Positions 24,820-37,800 of a stretch of 64,000 nt of DNA are shown piece by piece. Position 1 is the first letter of the stretch, and each line of letters opens with the position of its first letter. The notes below the pieces were generated by a model. That model saw nothing but the letters and a program-made list of their open reading frames with translations, did not search any database and had not been told where the DNA came from. A program made the translations under genes and the position numbers. The stretch covers positions 20,026,001-20,090,000 of the forward strand of contig OZ286477.1 of the NCBI GenBank assembly GCA_965644265.1, read 5' to 3'. This DNA comes from Glycera tridactyla. Taxonomy: Eukaryota.

Positions 24820-26977
24820 TCTCAGACTGGCCCCCTTCACACAAAGTCGTCGGCTTCCCAGTTGCGTTGAGATCAGGTGCAGCACACATCCGGTGTACAT
24901 CTACTTCCGCTTTTAGCACATGCGAGCCTCTTGCTGAGAAGTGTAGTGCGTGTGTGTCAAACTGCTGCCTCACACCGCATCCAGGCCTAGCTCACCTGCA
25001 ACACATGATATCCCCCTGTTTGTTTTGAATAGTTTATTATGAATGCAGCGACAAATGTCAAATCACATNNNNNNNNNNNNNNNNNNNNNNNNNNNNNNNN
25101 NNNNNNNNNNNNNNNNNNNNNNNNNNNNNNNNNNNNNNNNNNNNNNNNNNNNNNNNNNNNNNNNNNNNNNNNNNNNNNNNNNNNNNNNNNNNNNNNNNNN
25201 NNNNNNNNNNNNNNNNNNNNNNNNNNNNNNNNNNNNNNNNNNNNNNNNNNNNNAAATACACTTGTAAATATTAACTCCTAAGCTCCCATTGATTTGTAAT
25301 TCATATGCGTTTTAATTCATTCATTCGTTACCATGAAAATGAGTGAATTCCGTGAATCTTGATTGTTATGACGAAATAAAAGAATGTGAAAAAAAATCGG
25401 ACCGGTTGGACAACCTCGATAGATGCCGTCGTACGGTAGTGATGAAATGAACTCTTCCTTTTTGGAAGTGATGCGTCCAAAACAGCAGGTTGTCTGATAT
25501 GGCAGCGACGGAACTTACCTATCGTAAATTTCAATATAATCCATCCACTCCATGATTCATCGCTCCCAAGAATCTCTCCGACGCAACTCTCCGATAAACG
25601 CGTGTCACAGACTCGACCACAACTGGTTTTGTATTTATTTTTATGAAGCCGAATGACGGTTAGATTGTTTGCATACTAACGACGCCTACCAAACAATGGA
25701 GGGATTTCTGGCAAGTAATCAGATCATGCAGGATCCATACTGTGACCCCGCCCCCCCCCCCCCCCCCTCCCCCGACACTCAGGCACTCGGGCTCCAGCCT
25801 TTTAATGCCATAATCCACGATCTCCATCTCATTCAACGATTCTGGATTATGAGCGAATGGGAACGAACTAGTTTCTCCCAGAATGCATTGCTGCGACTGT
25901 GCACGATTAGTTGATATAACCCATCGTTAATCGCTATCGTCCACGTCTTTTCCCTCCATCTGCAATCGCTCCAAGAACAATAAAATGAAATTTGAATTTT
26001 TCCGTACATTCGACGCACTCGACAAATTACGGATTTCAATAAAGTATACACGAGATGAATAGTTCTGCCATCTAGCGGCTACATTGTGATACAGTGATAC
26101 GGCGACCACCACCACCACCACGTCCACCACCACCACTACCACCATCACCACTGCCCTCACCACTCCATCGCTACCATCACCACAACTACCACCTGGTCCA
26201 CCACCACTGCATCATATATTCGCACACATTTGGTGAGGAGGACTCATCCCTCTATCGTTTTCTTTACCAGTGTTCTGGGATGATTTGCTAGCGTCGAATC
26301 CGACCTCTGCAAACTCACCGCCATCTGAGCTTTATCCTGGTTATTTCATTGATCTGGGATGAAAACTTCCTGGTACCTGTATCTAGTCTGGTTTGTCAGA
26401 ACAATTTTATATATCATGGAAATTGAGCAAAGATGCAATTAAAGCAATTCGACCAACTGAGTATCTGTTTTCTGCTGAAACCGACCAATGCAGCTGTTTT
26501 AATTAGTGTCACTGCTCAAACAAGTGAACTATGCTTTATCCCGCTCAATCTCCGTGGATTCGTGCTTTTGTAAGCTATTTTCAACACCATTTCAACCCAT
26601 GTCCTCTTGTATTAGGTTTTTCCATCGGCGCGTGTGTTGGAAATGATATTGGTGGTGGTGGTGGTGGGGGGGGGGGGGGGGGGGGGTCCACACTGTCCAG
26701 CTTGACTAGAAACTTGGTCGGTCATTTTCTGTTTGGTCAGCAACACCTTGCTATATTGATATACCCATGCAATTGGCATGGTTGGAGTACACCCCTCAGG
26801 CCCAAACGAAAGGAGAAATATGATGAAATTACCACACTCAATGTATCATTCATGTCACTGACTGACGGCGAAGGCAAAACTCTGTGCCACACGAGAAATA
26901 TATCCCGGTGTCTTTCACTGACCTTGCTCCTAAGTATATCCTCAACCTTATGTGTACCAGACGCACTCTGAGCCACT

Positions 26978-27022
<45 letters not shown>
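26978..27022. repeat. (CAG)n trinucleotide repeat
   Basis: About 15 units. Confidence 0.95.
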
Positions 27023-27024
<2 letters not shown>

Positions 27025-27139
27025 GACAAGCTGTGACTGACTGCCCTCTTGACTGTGATATACAAACTGACTACATCAATTGATCTGATTGTGTTTAGCA
27101 CCCCTGACCCGATTCTCATGTTCACCTAGACCAGGAGAA

Positions 27140-27400
27140 ATTCCCGAATGGCCTATATTGTGATGGTCTGGGCAGCAGTGAACTGGCCGCCATTAATGAT
27201 GCACCACATAACATCCCCATGTTCTTGACAGGTCAACACCCAAGCAGGTTAAGAGTCAGATAATTTCTTCGAGGATCTCGGTCTTCTTGTCATCGAAAGG
27301 AATGTTCCACTATCTGGGATCCTGATTTGATTTTGGCTTTTCATGCAAAAGCATCGCCGGATGAGCAACCTTGACTTGGTGAGCTCCCCATCAAAATGAT
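27140..27400 (+). mobile_element. Possible decayed Tc1/mariner transposase fragment
   Basis: IVMVWAAV and a frameshifted P.S.PDL..DFWLF-like stretch. Confidence 0.35.
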
Positions 27401-28769
27401 AATCCTTCTGGCCCTTGCCTCGGGCCAACACACGCATACTTTACTCGCACTTTTGTTGATGACCAGGTTATACCTCAAATAACAAGAAATGTGGTTACGA
27501 GGAAGTTAATTTGTATCTTTCACCTCAGCGTGCCGAATATGTCGATCTCACGCTGTTTCAAAGCTAATTTGGCGGTTGATTGGTTCTAATTATACGTCAC
27601 GTCAGCTCCATTCGTGCTATATATTGTGACACCAATGTCATGGACATGAGAGGGATCTTTCAAGACTCCTCCTTCTCGGTCCCAACAGAAGGTGAAAATG
27701 TATGACATTCACAGTGTAAAGGTGTCATTTCTGTTATTAAAAGTGTTGACTACAGCATTCCCCAGTGAACATGGGATTTATTTTCGGCCACTGTGTCACG
27801 CAGTGAACACGGGGATGTCCCGGCCATATCTCCATTGCTTCACATAGGCAGAATCAGCCGATAATATCGGCAGTTTCGCCGTAAAAATGCAATTAATTCC
27901 AAGCGTATCCTCTTCAAACGCATGCAGACAACCCGAAATAAAGTTCGATGATTGGCCGAAGTTCTACACATTTCATTCGTACCATTATTACTCAACTCGG
28001 GTGAGAAATGACGACTGGAATGTTTGAAACGTTACCGTCATATTGGACCTGTAAATTGGGACCACTTTCTTTTGTTTATGTTTGTTGCATTCGCCGTACG
28101 CGATTTGTCGTAAATTCAATCAACTCATGAACAATTTCATTCAACAGAAATATGGCGAAACATTAAAGCAGCATGTTTGGTACATATTTATAAGCGGCGA
28201 AACATTAAAGCAGCATGCTTGGTACATATTTATAAGCGGCATTTGTGAGAATATAATGCAATATAATTGACACTTGTCATCAAATGACGGCATGGCAGCG
28301 TCCTGCTTGATTCGTATCGTTCGTACACGCTGCCGGGTGAGCCGCGTCCCAACTTTGCGCCTAATTACCTTGACCTAATTAATGAACTAATTAAGCGAGC
28401 TCGACTTCAACAAGTTCGCACCGCAACGTCTCCTGTAGATTTCGACAATTCATCTACCAACAACGTCGTCATTATTTGAGGTATGAAAGCCAGAACCCAT
28501 GGGTTTGGCAATAATGGCAATATTCAGCTCGCTGATTACATTCTTAGAATTGCGGCCTCGTGCAATCCCTACGCCGGAACTACCTCCCAAAATATTGTGA
28601 TTAGATCCCGAAACCATGAGTTCTTGCTATATAGTATTTCTTTTCACATTACTGAGCCATTGAAGACCACAAGTTCCACTCGTGTCACGCCCTTTATCGA
28701 CATTTCTGCGTTCCCTAAAGATGAATTACGTTGTTAAGACCAGCTACTGCCGAACATAAGTGATGGGCT

Positions 28770-29290
28770 TGAATGAATTGAATTTAATTTCTTTATTCAT
28801 AATTCATATGGCAAGTGTGCATATTGCACACTAATAATTATTCAAAGAAGTCATTAAAAAAAGAATACAAATAATAAACAATATGAAAACAAAAATCAAA
28901 CATCGTTAAAACACAGTACTTAGTAATAAAAAGTGAATGATACATTTTGACCTAAGCTTGATATGAACAAGACGAACCCATCAGGTATGACATACAAGGA
29001 ATCCAGTGTTTATTCTCGATATATAAACTGGTGAATTATGACGCCTGTTCTCTTATGTTAAGACAAGTAGATTTATTAAGACTTCCAGAATCATTTCAAT
29101 CATTGAACATATATGTCAACTGTCTGCTCCATATGTTGACACTCTTTCTAAAGGACTCAATAATTTCAGCACTTCTACTGGCCATTGGAAGATCATTCCA
29201 TGACTTTGCCCCGTATATCAATGTTTGTCGAACCAAAGACGGTTTTTGTCCGTATGACACCAAGGTCCCTCCTCGCCCTGGTAGGTTGCC
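28770..29290 (-). mobile_element. L2/Crack-like LINE 3' end
   Basis: TLIYGAKSWNDLP..RSAEIIESFRK C-terminal motif, AT-rich 3'UTR, AATAAA then an (ATTCA)-type tail. Confidence 0.7.
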
Positions 29291-32200
29291 TCGTTTGTCG
29301 CCTTGTCAGTGTTCCCCGGAACTAGTGTCGCCTTTCTAGAGATTAGGCTTAGATTATTTACCAATGAGAAGTGCTGGTGTCCTACCTTGCCATACCTCTC
29401 ACTCTTCTTGTAGTGCGTCCACTTCCAGAGATTCCACAGAGCAGCAGCTGACTCGAATTTGAAGCGTACTTTTTCCCATGTTCAATCTGACACTAGTCAT
29501 GTCGCGGCCCGAGTTCCGACGCCATCACACACGCCACCAAGCGGGCACCATGCAATCCCATAAGTCATTATGCGCCCATCTATGATTTTCTGGAGTGGAT
29601 CTTTGGTACCGTGGTCCCCCCCCCCCCCATTCCTCTCTCATACCACCATAATCAAATATGTTCTTGGCAAAACTAACACCAATCCGAACACAGGCAAGAG
29701 CATTTCACCGACGTGAGATTATGTTTGAGGCACCTTTATCTAAATAATGTCATTACCAATACAAAATTTCCCCTCATATTTGCGCCATTGGGGCCTTGTG
29801 AAATTACACAGAAACCCATCAAATGGAATATGATTCAGTCTACTTACTCTCCGTGTATTCTCACTATTTTATCACAGATAATGGAATATGATTCAGTCTA
29901 CTTACTCTCCGTGTATTCTCACTATTTTATCACAGATAACTCCTGTGTGGACACTTTGTCGGTGCATACTTTGACTGGGTGGAAATCGTGCTCTCAGCAG
30001 GTGTATGAATACAGAAACCACTAGTGTTATGCGCTGCCTTCAAGTATTCGGGCACAGCCCACTCTTTCTGTTGGAAGAGTTATCCAAGTGCTTGTCTAAT
30101 GAAAATTTTGTACGTTTTGAGGCGGGATAGCTTCATTGTGAGTATTCGGCACATTTCCATTCATGGAAATGCAGGTCTTCGAGGTAGCCTATTGATCAAA
30201 TTCTCCAATATGTGCCTTGGTGCTTTTGTGTCATACGTCGCTCCGAAAACGAATTTTGTATATGTGATTGAGTTGGTGGAGTTAGATAGAGTGTATCATG
30301 CTGCACCATATAAGGTTAGGGACCACAACCACCACCACCACCACCACCACCACCATCACCGGACCACTGTTACCGTGACGTCGATATTTGACTACGTACC
30401 ATCACTGGAGTTGGCCTATGTGGTTCGGTCTGTGTCCAGGTTCCATCACAAGTGCCATTGCCCAACTTGACCTGAACCAACTGTTATCGCCGTTCTTAGA
30501 TTGATGATGACTGACCGTCTTTCTTAGATTCTAGTTCGTATACAGTTTCATGGTACCTTTCGAGGACACGCGGGTGATTGTGTTACCAGGGTACGATCCC
30601 CGGGGTTTCTGCTGTTTGCATTCTCTAATTATCGCGTCCACGGATTTTGATATTCAGGACTAAGTACAAACTGTACGATTATGTTCACTAAGGCACGAGC
30701 ATCAAATACATGACATCCTTGTAGATCACCATGTACTGTTCTCGACAAGCTTCTGATGGAAGAGATAAATAGTGTGTGGCCAAAACATTCCTTGTAACAA
30801 ATTTCAATCCATAGATGTCACTATACAATCATGGCCAAGGCTGGATATCTTATAGGGGTCGTCTGCGGCACCCAAGTTGAAGATCCAAACATAGCTCTGC
30901 TAACGGAAAGTAGGTCATGACCTACTTGATTGATGTAGGGTAAAACATACTAAGGAAGGTCTGAACTTCATCAATGGATTAGCATGACCGTTGTCCCAGT
31001 TTATCGGAGCTAATGTATGCCATCCGGGGTTATAGCACCGACTCACCCTGGTTTAGCCCAGCCAGTCAGCTCTGCCTACCGAGTTGGCTGGGCTTGGAGA
31101 CGACACTTCAGATGCTGCTGTATGTCTCATTCCTTCCACGTCTATACAGTAGCTCTGTTATACAACGACTGCGATCATGTCATTTGATTAATGAAGTTTA
31201 CCCTCATACTTTCACCCCTTACTTTCTGTACTGTACCCCAGTAAGTCCTGGAGGTCGCAGGTAGTTCCATGACCCCCGCCAATCATTCTATGTCACTAAT
31301 CACATGCCTGATTTGCATGTCACAGCGACTGCGACCCTTTCTTTGTGAATCATATATATCATATTGTGAAAAATGCAATTTGAGTATTAAAATACTGGCG
31401 ACCACAATACACGTGTAACATTACAACATGTTTATTTCGTACAAACAGATAACATGGTTCAACATACATAACATAGTTCATAGAAGGCTAACATTTGCAT
31501 CTTTACATGGATTTGTGACTATACACAGACTGCACACCTAGCATCCCACATACTTCTCTAGTATAATCATAAGCGTAGAACAAGGCATCACTTCCAACCC
31601 CAACATTGTCTTGAATATATTGCATACATTTAGTCTTTCATGCGACTCTTTTGGATTCAATGAGTTTGGGTGACAGAATCCGTTGAATGAATTTGCTGCC
31701 TGGATTAAACATTATCGAACCTCCTGACAACGACTTTCATTGATCGAATTCAGCGACACACATATGGTACTCTTCAAAAGAGAGAGTACTAGCTCCCAAT
31801 ATGGCGACAAGCCGGACCATGTTGAACTCTGATTTGACAGCGCCTTTTCCCCGGTGATTATGTTTGCTGTATGTTTCAGACGTGTCAGTGCTGAAGGTGT
31901 TGTCCCACTGACTAAACAGACTATAGATAGTTCTGTACAATTCTAGTTAGATACATTATGAAGCCCACCCAAGCTTCACAAACACATGTTGGCAGGCGGT
32001 AGCGAGCCAAGCAGCCATACAGTACGCGAAAGTCCTAATCAAATGTTGACTTTCCACCATCATCAGTCGTTTGATATGAGTCTGTGAATATGTGATGACA
32101 TAACACAATGTACGGAATAATGCAAGTGAACACCTCAGATAATGAATGGTAATATCCAGAAGCCGAAGTTATTATGTATGGCTGATGGTGGGTGAAGGTG

Positions 32201-32635
32201 TGCCACNNNNNNNNNNNNNNNNNNNNNNNNNNNNNNNNNNNNNNNNNNNNNNNNNNNNNNNNNNNNNNNNNNNNNNNNNNNNNNNNNNNNNNNNNNNNNN
32301 NNNNNNNNNNNNNNNNNNNNNNNNNNNNNNNNNNNNNNNNNNNNNNNNNNNNNNNNNNNNNNNNNNNNNNNNNNNNNNNNNNNNNNNNNNNNNNNNNNNN
32401 NNNNNNNNNNNNNNAACAGCAAAGATCCAGCATTATTGACAATTCTAGCCACGACAGAAATGCCGCTTTGCAATATATCATAGACTCCCAAAGAACATAA
32501 ATCTACCGACTTCGAAATGTGTCTATGCTCCACCACCACCTCATGACATCCTCACATCCTGAAAGCAAGCAGCACTTAATAAGGTGACTCGTGCAACCGA
32601 CAGCCTATTAGATAATGACTGAGCAGAATTAATTC

Positions 32636-33920
32636 ACATGGTTTCAAACTGTTATACCAATATAAATATTGCTCGATCCCCACCCAGACACATGGATTCA
32701 AACTGTTATACCACCCAGACACATGGTTTCAAACTGTCATACCAATATAGATATTGCTTGACCCCACACAGACACATGGTTTCAAACTGTTATACCACCC
32801 AGACACATGGTTTCAAACTGTTATACCAATATAGATATTGCTTGACCCCCACCCAGACACATGGTTTCAAACTGTTATACCAATATAGATATTGCTTGAC
32901 CCCCACCCAGACACATGGTTTCAAACTGTCATACCAATATAGATATTGGTTGACCCCACCCAGACACATGGTTTCAAACTGTTATACCAATATAGATATT
33001 GCTTGACCCCACCCAGACACATGGTTTCAAACTGTTATACCAATATAGATATTGCTTGACCCCCACCCAGACACATGGTTTTAAACTTATATCAATATAG
33101 ATATTGGTTGACCCCACCCAGACACATGGTTTCAAACTGTTATACCAATATAGATATTGCTTGATCCCCACCCAGACACATGGTTTCAAACTGTCATACC
33201 AATATAGATATTGGTTGACCCCACCCAGACACATGGTTTCAAACTGTTATACCAATATAGATATTGCTTGACCCCCACCCAGACACATGGTTCAAACTTA
33301 TACCAATATAGATATTGCTTGATCCCCACCCAGACACATGGTTTCAAACTGTTATACCAATATAGATATTGCTTGACCCCCACCCAGACACATGGTTTCA
33401 AACTTATACCAATATAGATATTGCTTGATCCCCACCCAGACACATGGTTTCAAACTGTTATACCAATATAGATATTGCTTGACCCCCACCCAGACACATG
33501 GTTTCAAACTTATACCAATATAGATATTGCTTGATCCCCACCCAGACACATGGTTTCAAACTGTTATACCAATATAGATATTGCTTGACCCCCACCCAGA
33601 CACATGGTTTCAAACTTATACCAATATAGATATTGCTTGATCCCCACCCAGACACATGGTTTCAAACTGTTATACCAATATAGATATTGCTTGACCCCCA
33701 CCCAGACACATGGTTTCAAACTTATACCAATATAGATATTGCTTGATCCCCACCCAGACACATGGTTTCAAACTGTTATACCAATATAGATATTGCTTGA
33801 CCCCCACCCAGACACATGGTTTCAAACTTATACCAATATAGATATTGGTTGACCCCACCCAGACACATGGTTTCAAACTGTTATACCAATATAGATATTG
33901 CTTGACCCCACACAGACACA
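32636..33920. repeat. Minisatellite, 54/52-bp units, about 25 copies, partly a 106-bp higher-order dimer
   Basis: cagacacatggtttcaaact(gt)tataccaatatagatattgcttga(c/t)ccccacc. Confidence 0.95.
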
Positions 33921-34596
33921 TAAGATGAGAGTTTCAGCTATGACGGGAACCGTCAAGCGTTGGCAGTTGACAGTTCAATACACATCTACACATTCACATA
34001 AACCTGATGGCCCCAACACTGGCATATATGAATACGCGGCTGGTTGGAAGCGATTTTGATATTTTGAGCGAAGCGCAGTACCTGAAACAATGTAATGCAT
34101 TAGGTTCAGAGAATACTCAAGCAATGTGTCCGCTATGATCTGCAAGCTTCGTACCAGCTTTATAGTCATGGATGTCACATACTTCCAGTACAATGCGTCC
34201 ACACCTCCCTGTGCATAGTGACTCTACTGCTACAGGCAAATCACCAGACACTCATGCGTGACTGCAAGCTCTCCTCTAACGCCAATTGGCTGTGATTGAT
34301 GAGTGCCTGATTGGTTAACAAAGTCTTACCCAAGCAAAGAATTAGGTTAACTTTAAGCACTTTTCAGCTGTACCACATAACCTGCTTTAGTTAGATGACT
34401 GTTGTAAGAAGCATGCTCGCATTGGCAGCCATATATTCTACTCGGATTTATCTGTCAAATGAAATATCGATTAGTACATAATCAAATTCATCGGATCGAT
34501 TCGCAGTATTGTAGACATACACAATGAGTCATATGCAGAGAATTAAAGCAATATATACATATTTACACATGGTCATGTGTGTGTGTGTGCCAGTGT

Positions 34597-34662
<66 letters not shown>

Positions 34663-34881
34663 CCATATGTATTCAGACAATTGGAATGACATTGTAGTTT
34701 CAGACAAATACACACTTGTTCACTTCTGTAGTCCGACCATAAAGAAGGGAATAAATAAATACATGTATACAAGCAGGTCTAGTGGGATACGCGCGACGCA
34801 ATGAGTATATACTGCAAGGCAAATGTCCTCCTCGTTGGTGGCCAGGGATGGACAAAGTTGGCCCAGCGATGAGGATAGATG

Positions 34882-37800
34882 TTAAATCCATAAGGATGTG
34901 ATGGAGATGCAGCTGGTCCCTGCCTCCGCGACATTCCGCTCCTCATCCGACATCCCAGCATCATTCTCAGCCGACATCTCAGTATCGCTGTCAGCCCCAG
35001 CCAATGCCACAGCATGCTGGATCCGGCACCATGGTACAAGAGGCAGAGATAGTCACACAGTGCGACAGCTGTCACCTGGCGCATCCCAGACACCATGGTA
35101 CAAGAGGCAGAGATAGTCACACAGTGCGACAGCTGTCACCTGGCGCATCCCAGACACCATGGTACAAGAGGCAGAGATAGTCACACAGTGCGACAGCTGT
35201 CACCTGGCGCATCCCAGTCACCATGGTACAAGAGGCAGAGATAGTCATCACACAGTGCGACAGCTGTCACCTGGCGCATCCCAGACACCATGGTACAAGA
35301 GGCAGAGATAGTCCCACAGTGCGACAGCTGTCACCTGGCGCATCCCAGACACCATGGTACAAGAGGCAGAGATAGTCGTCACACAGTGCGACAGCTGTCA
35401 CTTGGCGCATCCCAGACACCATGGTACAAGAGGCAGAGATAGTCACACAGTGCGACAGCTGTCACCTGGCGCATCCCAGACACCATGGTACAAGAGGCAG
35501 AGATAGTCACACAGTGCGACAGCTGTCACCTGGCGCATCCCAGACACCATGGTACAAGAGGCAGAGATAGTCACACAGTGCGACAGCTGTCACCTGGCGC
35601 ATCCCAGACACCATGGTACAAGAGGCAGAGATAGTCACACAGTGCGACAGCTGTCACCTGGCGCATCCCAGACACCATGGTACAAGAGGCAGAGATAGTC
35701 ACACAGTGCGACAGCTTCCACCTGGCACATCCCAGTCACCATCATCAATTCAACACGACCAGCCTCAATCAGTCCTCATCAGTTCAAATGATGTATGTAC
35801 CCTCTTGGCAGCATCTCACAAACCCCACCTTCTCATCTTCTACCCACTGACGAGAAAATACTAACCTCAACATGCAGATTGTTGAATTGGCAGTCAGGAG
35901 ATATTCTAGAAGTCATGAGATGTACGCGAGGTACCTCAGAGGTTCTTATCTAATAGTCTTAGGCTCACTCGCGGTTTGATACTCAGACTATTCATCCACT
36001 CATGGACATATAACAAATCGAATTTTGGCAATATCATTTTAGATACTGTTTTAGAATAAATGCGTTACTGGCCAACACGTTAGAAGATACAAGCAAGCAT
36101 ATTTCTTACATGATGCCCTTCACATGTATGACCAGACACTTCGCATTTTATAGATTCCATCGTTATACCGTCTGTACAATTCAAGTTCTAGTATGTCAAC
36201 TCAACCAACTGTGAATTACGCGGGCATTTATACTGGCCTGCTTGTACCCAGCTACAGCACTACCCGTGCGCTAAGTTCCGACTTGTACGAGTGTAACGGC
36301 TAGCCTTGTAACAACTGAGATGTGAGATAGCCTTCTGGTGGTTTGACTGGTATATTGACTGGTTGCTTGCTCTAGGCCCATCAACATACCTCAACATACT
36401 AGGGCTATGTATCTATGAGAGAAGTATGTTGTCTTCTACGGGCATTACATTCAGTCTCCCTGAACGCTGATGATGACAGGTCAGACAGATATATATACAC
36501 ACACTATAGTCACGGGCTGCAGGCTGACACTCCCACAAAAAACAGATCTCAAACTGAGTGAGTGCAGAAAGGCGGTCATTTGGTGGTGGAAGGAGGACCA
36601 ATACAGACAGCGTGAGAACTCATGATGCTTACTGAGACAACTACCCAGGTACACTATGCTGCCCAGCAGACTGGCTTCTATCCATGCGAACACACCCACA
36701 CTAACTCATGCCCAGTTATATACAGAGTTACATACATGACAAATATACAATCAAAAGTGATACACCTTTACTTTGTCACACATATACGATACCCCCGTAT
36801 CGTGATAAAGACACACATTTAAGCTCGCAGCTGAACACATTTACAGGCAATTTCTCTTATTTCGTTATTCGTATTCCGAGATATTTTCTGGATCAATACA
36901 GCGTTAGCCCACCCGCCCTCATCCCAACGTACACGATGACAATAGGACATCAATACAATATTTGCTTGATGTTTCAAGGTTCTATGATTGCTGATCCCTG
37001 TTTGATGACATCACAACAGACATGCCTCAATCGACATATGCATATGTGGAAGAGGGGCACATTTAAAACCACCTCTTATTACTGATGCGACAGTCTTCAT
37101 TGCGCCAGTCTACATGCAAACACTAAAGAGTCCACCTACTACATTCATTGAGAGTGCGCTAAAGAAAGGGTTGAGGTCGGAAGGAATGTGAACTCGGCTG
37201 TATCCGTCTGCAGAGCGCCATATTTTCCGAGAGGTTAGTGGGCCCATATGGCTAATGAATTAGAAATACCATGAGCCATAACTTGAAATTATGGACCACC
37301 TCATATCTATCAATGACTTGAGATGAAATAGAATACTGGGCCAGTGGACCCATACATGGCAATATCGAAGGGCCAAGAAGGCAAAAATGATGGCCCAGGG
37401 CCCGGGCCCACCAATAATCTGAAGCTATGCGCAGGGCATGTAGTTTTGGGCCAACACTGCTCCAACGCTCCAATCAACCAACAATATCACCACCACCACC
37501 GCCACCACAACTCCCATCAACGAACATCATCGTCATCCCTCCCAACCCCCTTCACTACCACCACTGTCACCACCCAACACCCATCAACACAATTAGCACC
37601 ACCTGTTGGCCTATTGTGAAAATTACCCTAAATTATTTTGTATGTCACAAAATTACAGCGTATGGGAGGGATCTATCATGATTATCTCGGATTCTTGTGA
37701 AAATTGAGTTTTGACATTCTATCATACCTGCCACTAGTGCTGCTTGAAGATTTGTTGCCAGAAATGAGAACAGGACTTTATACCATTGTGTAGCTAGGAT

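Noticed and set aside
26066-26078. CTCF-like site TGCCATCTAGCGG
   Set aside because: A single short motif with one core mismatch is expected by chance or within TE ends.
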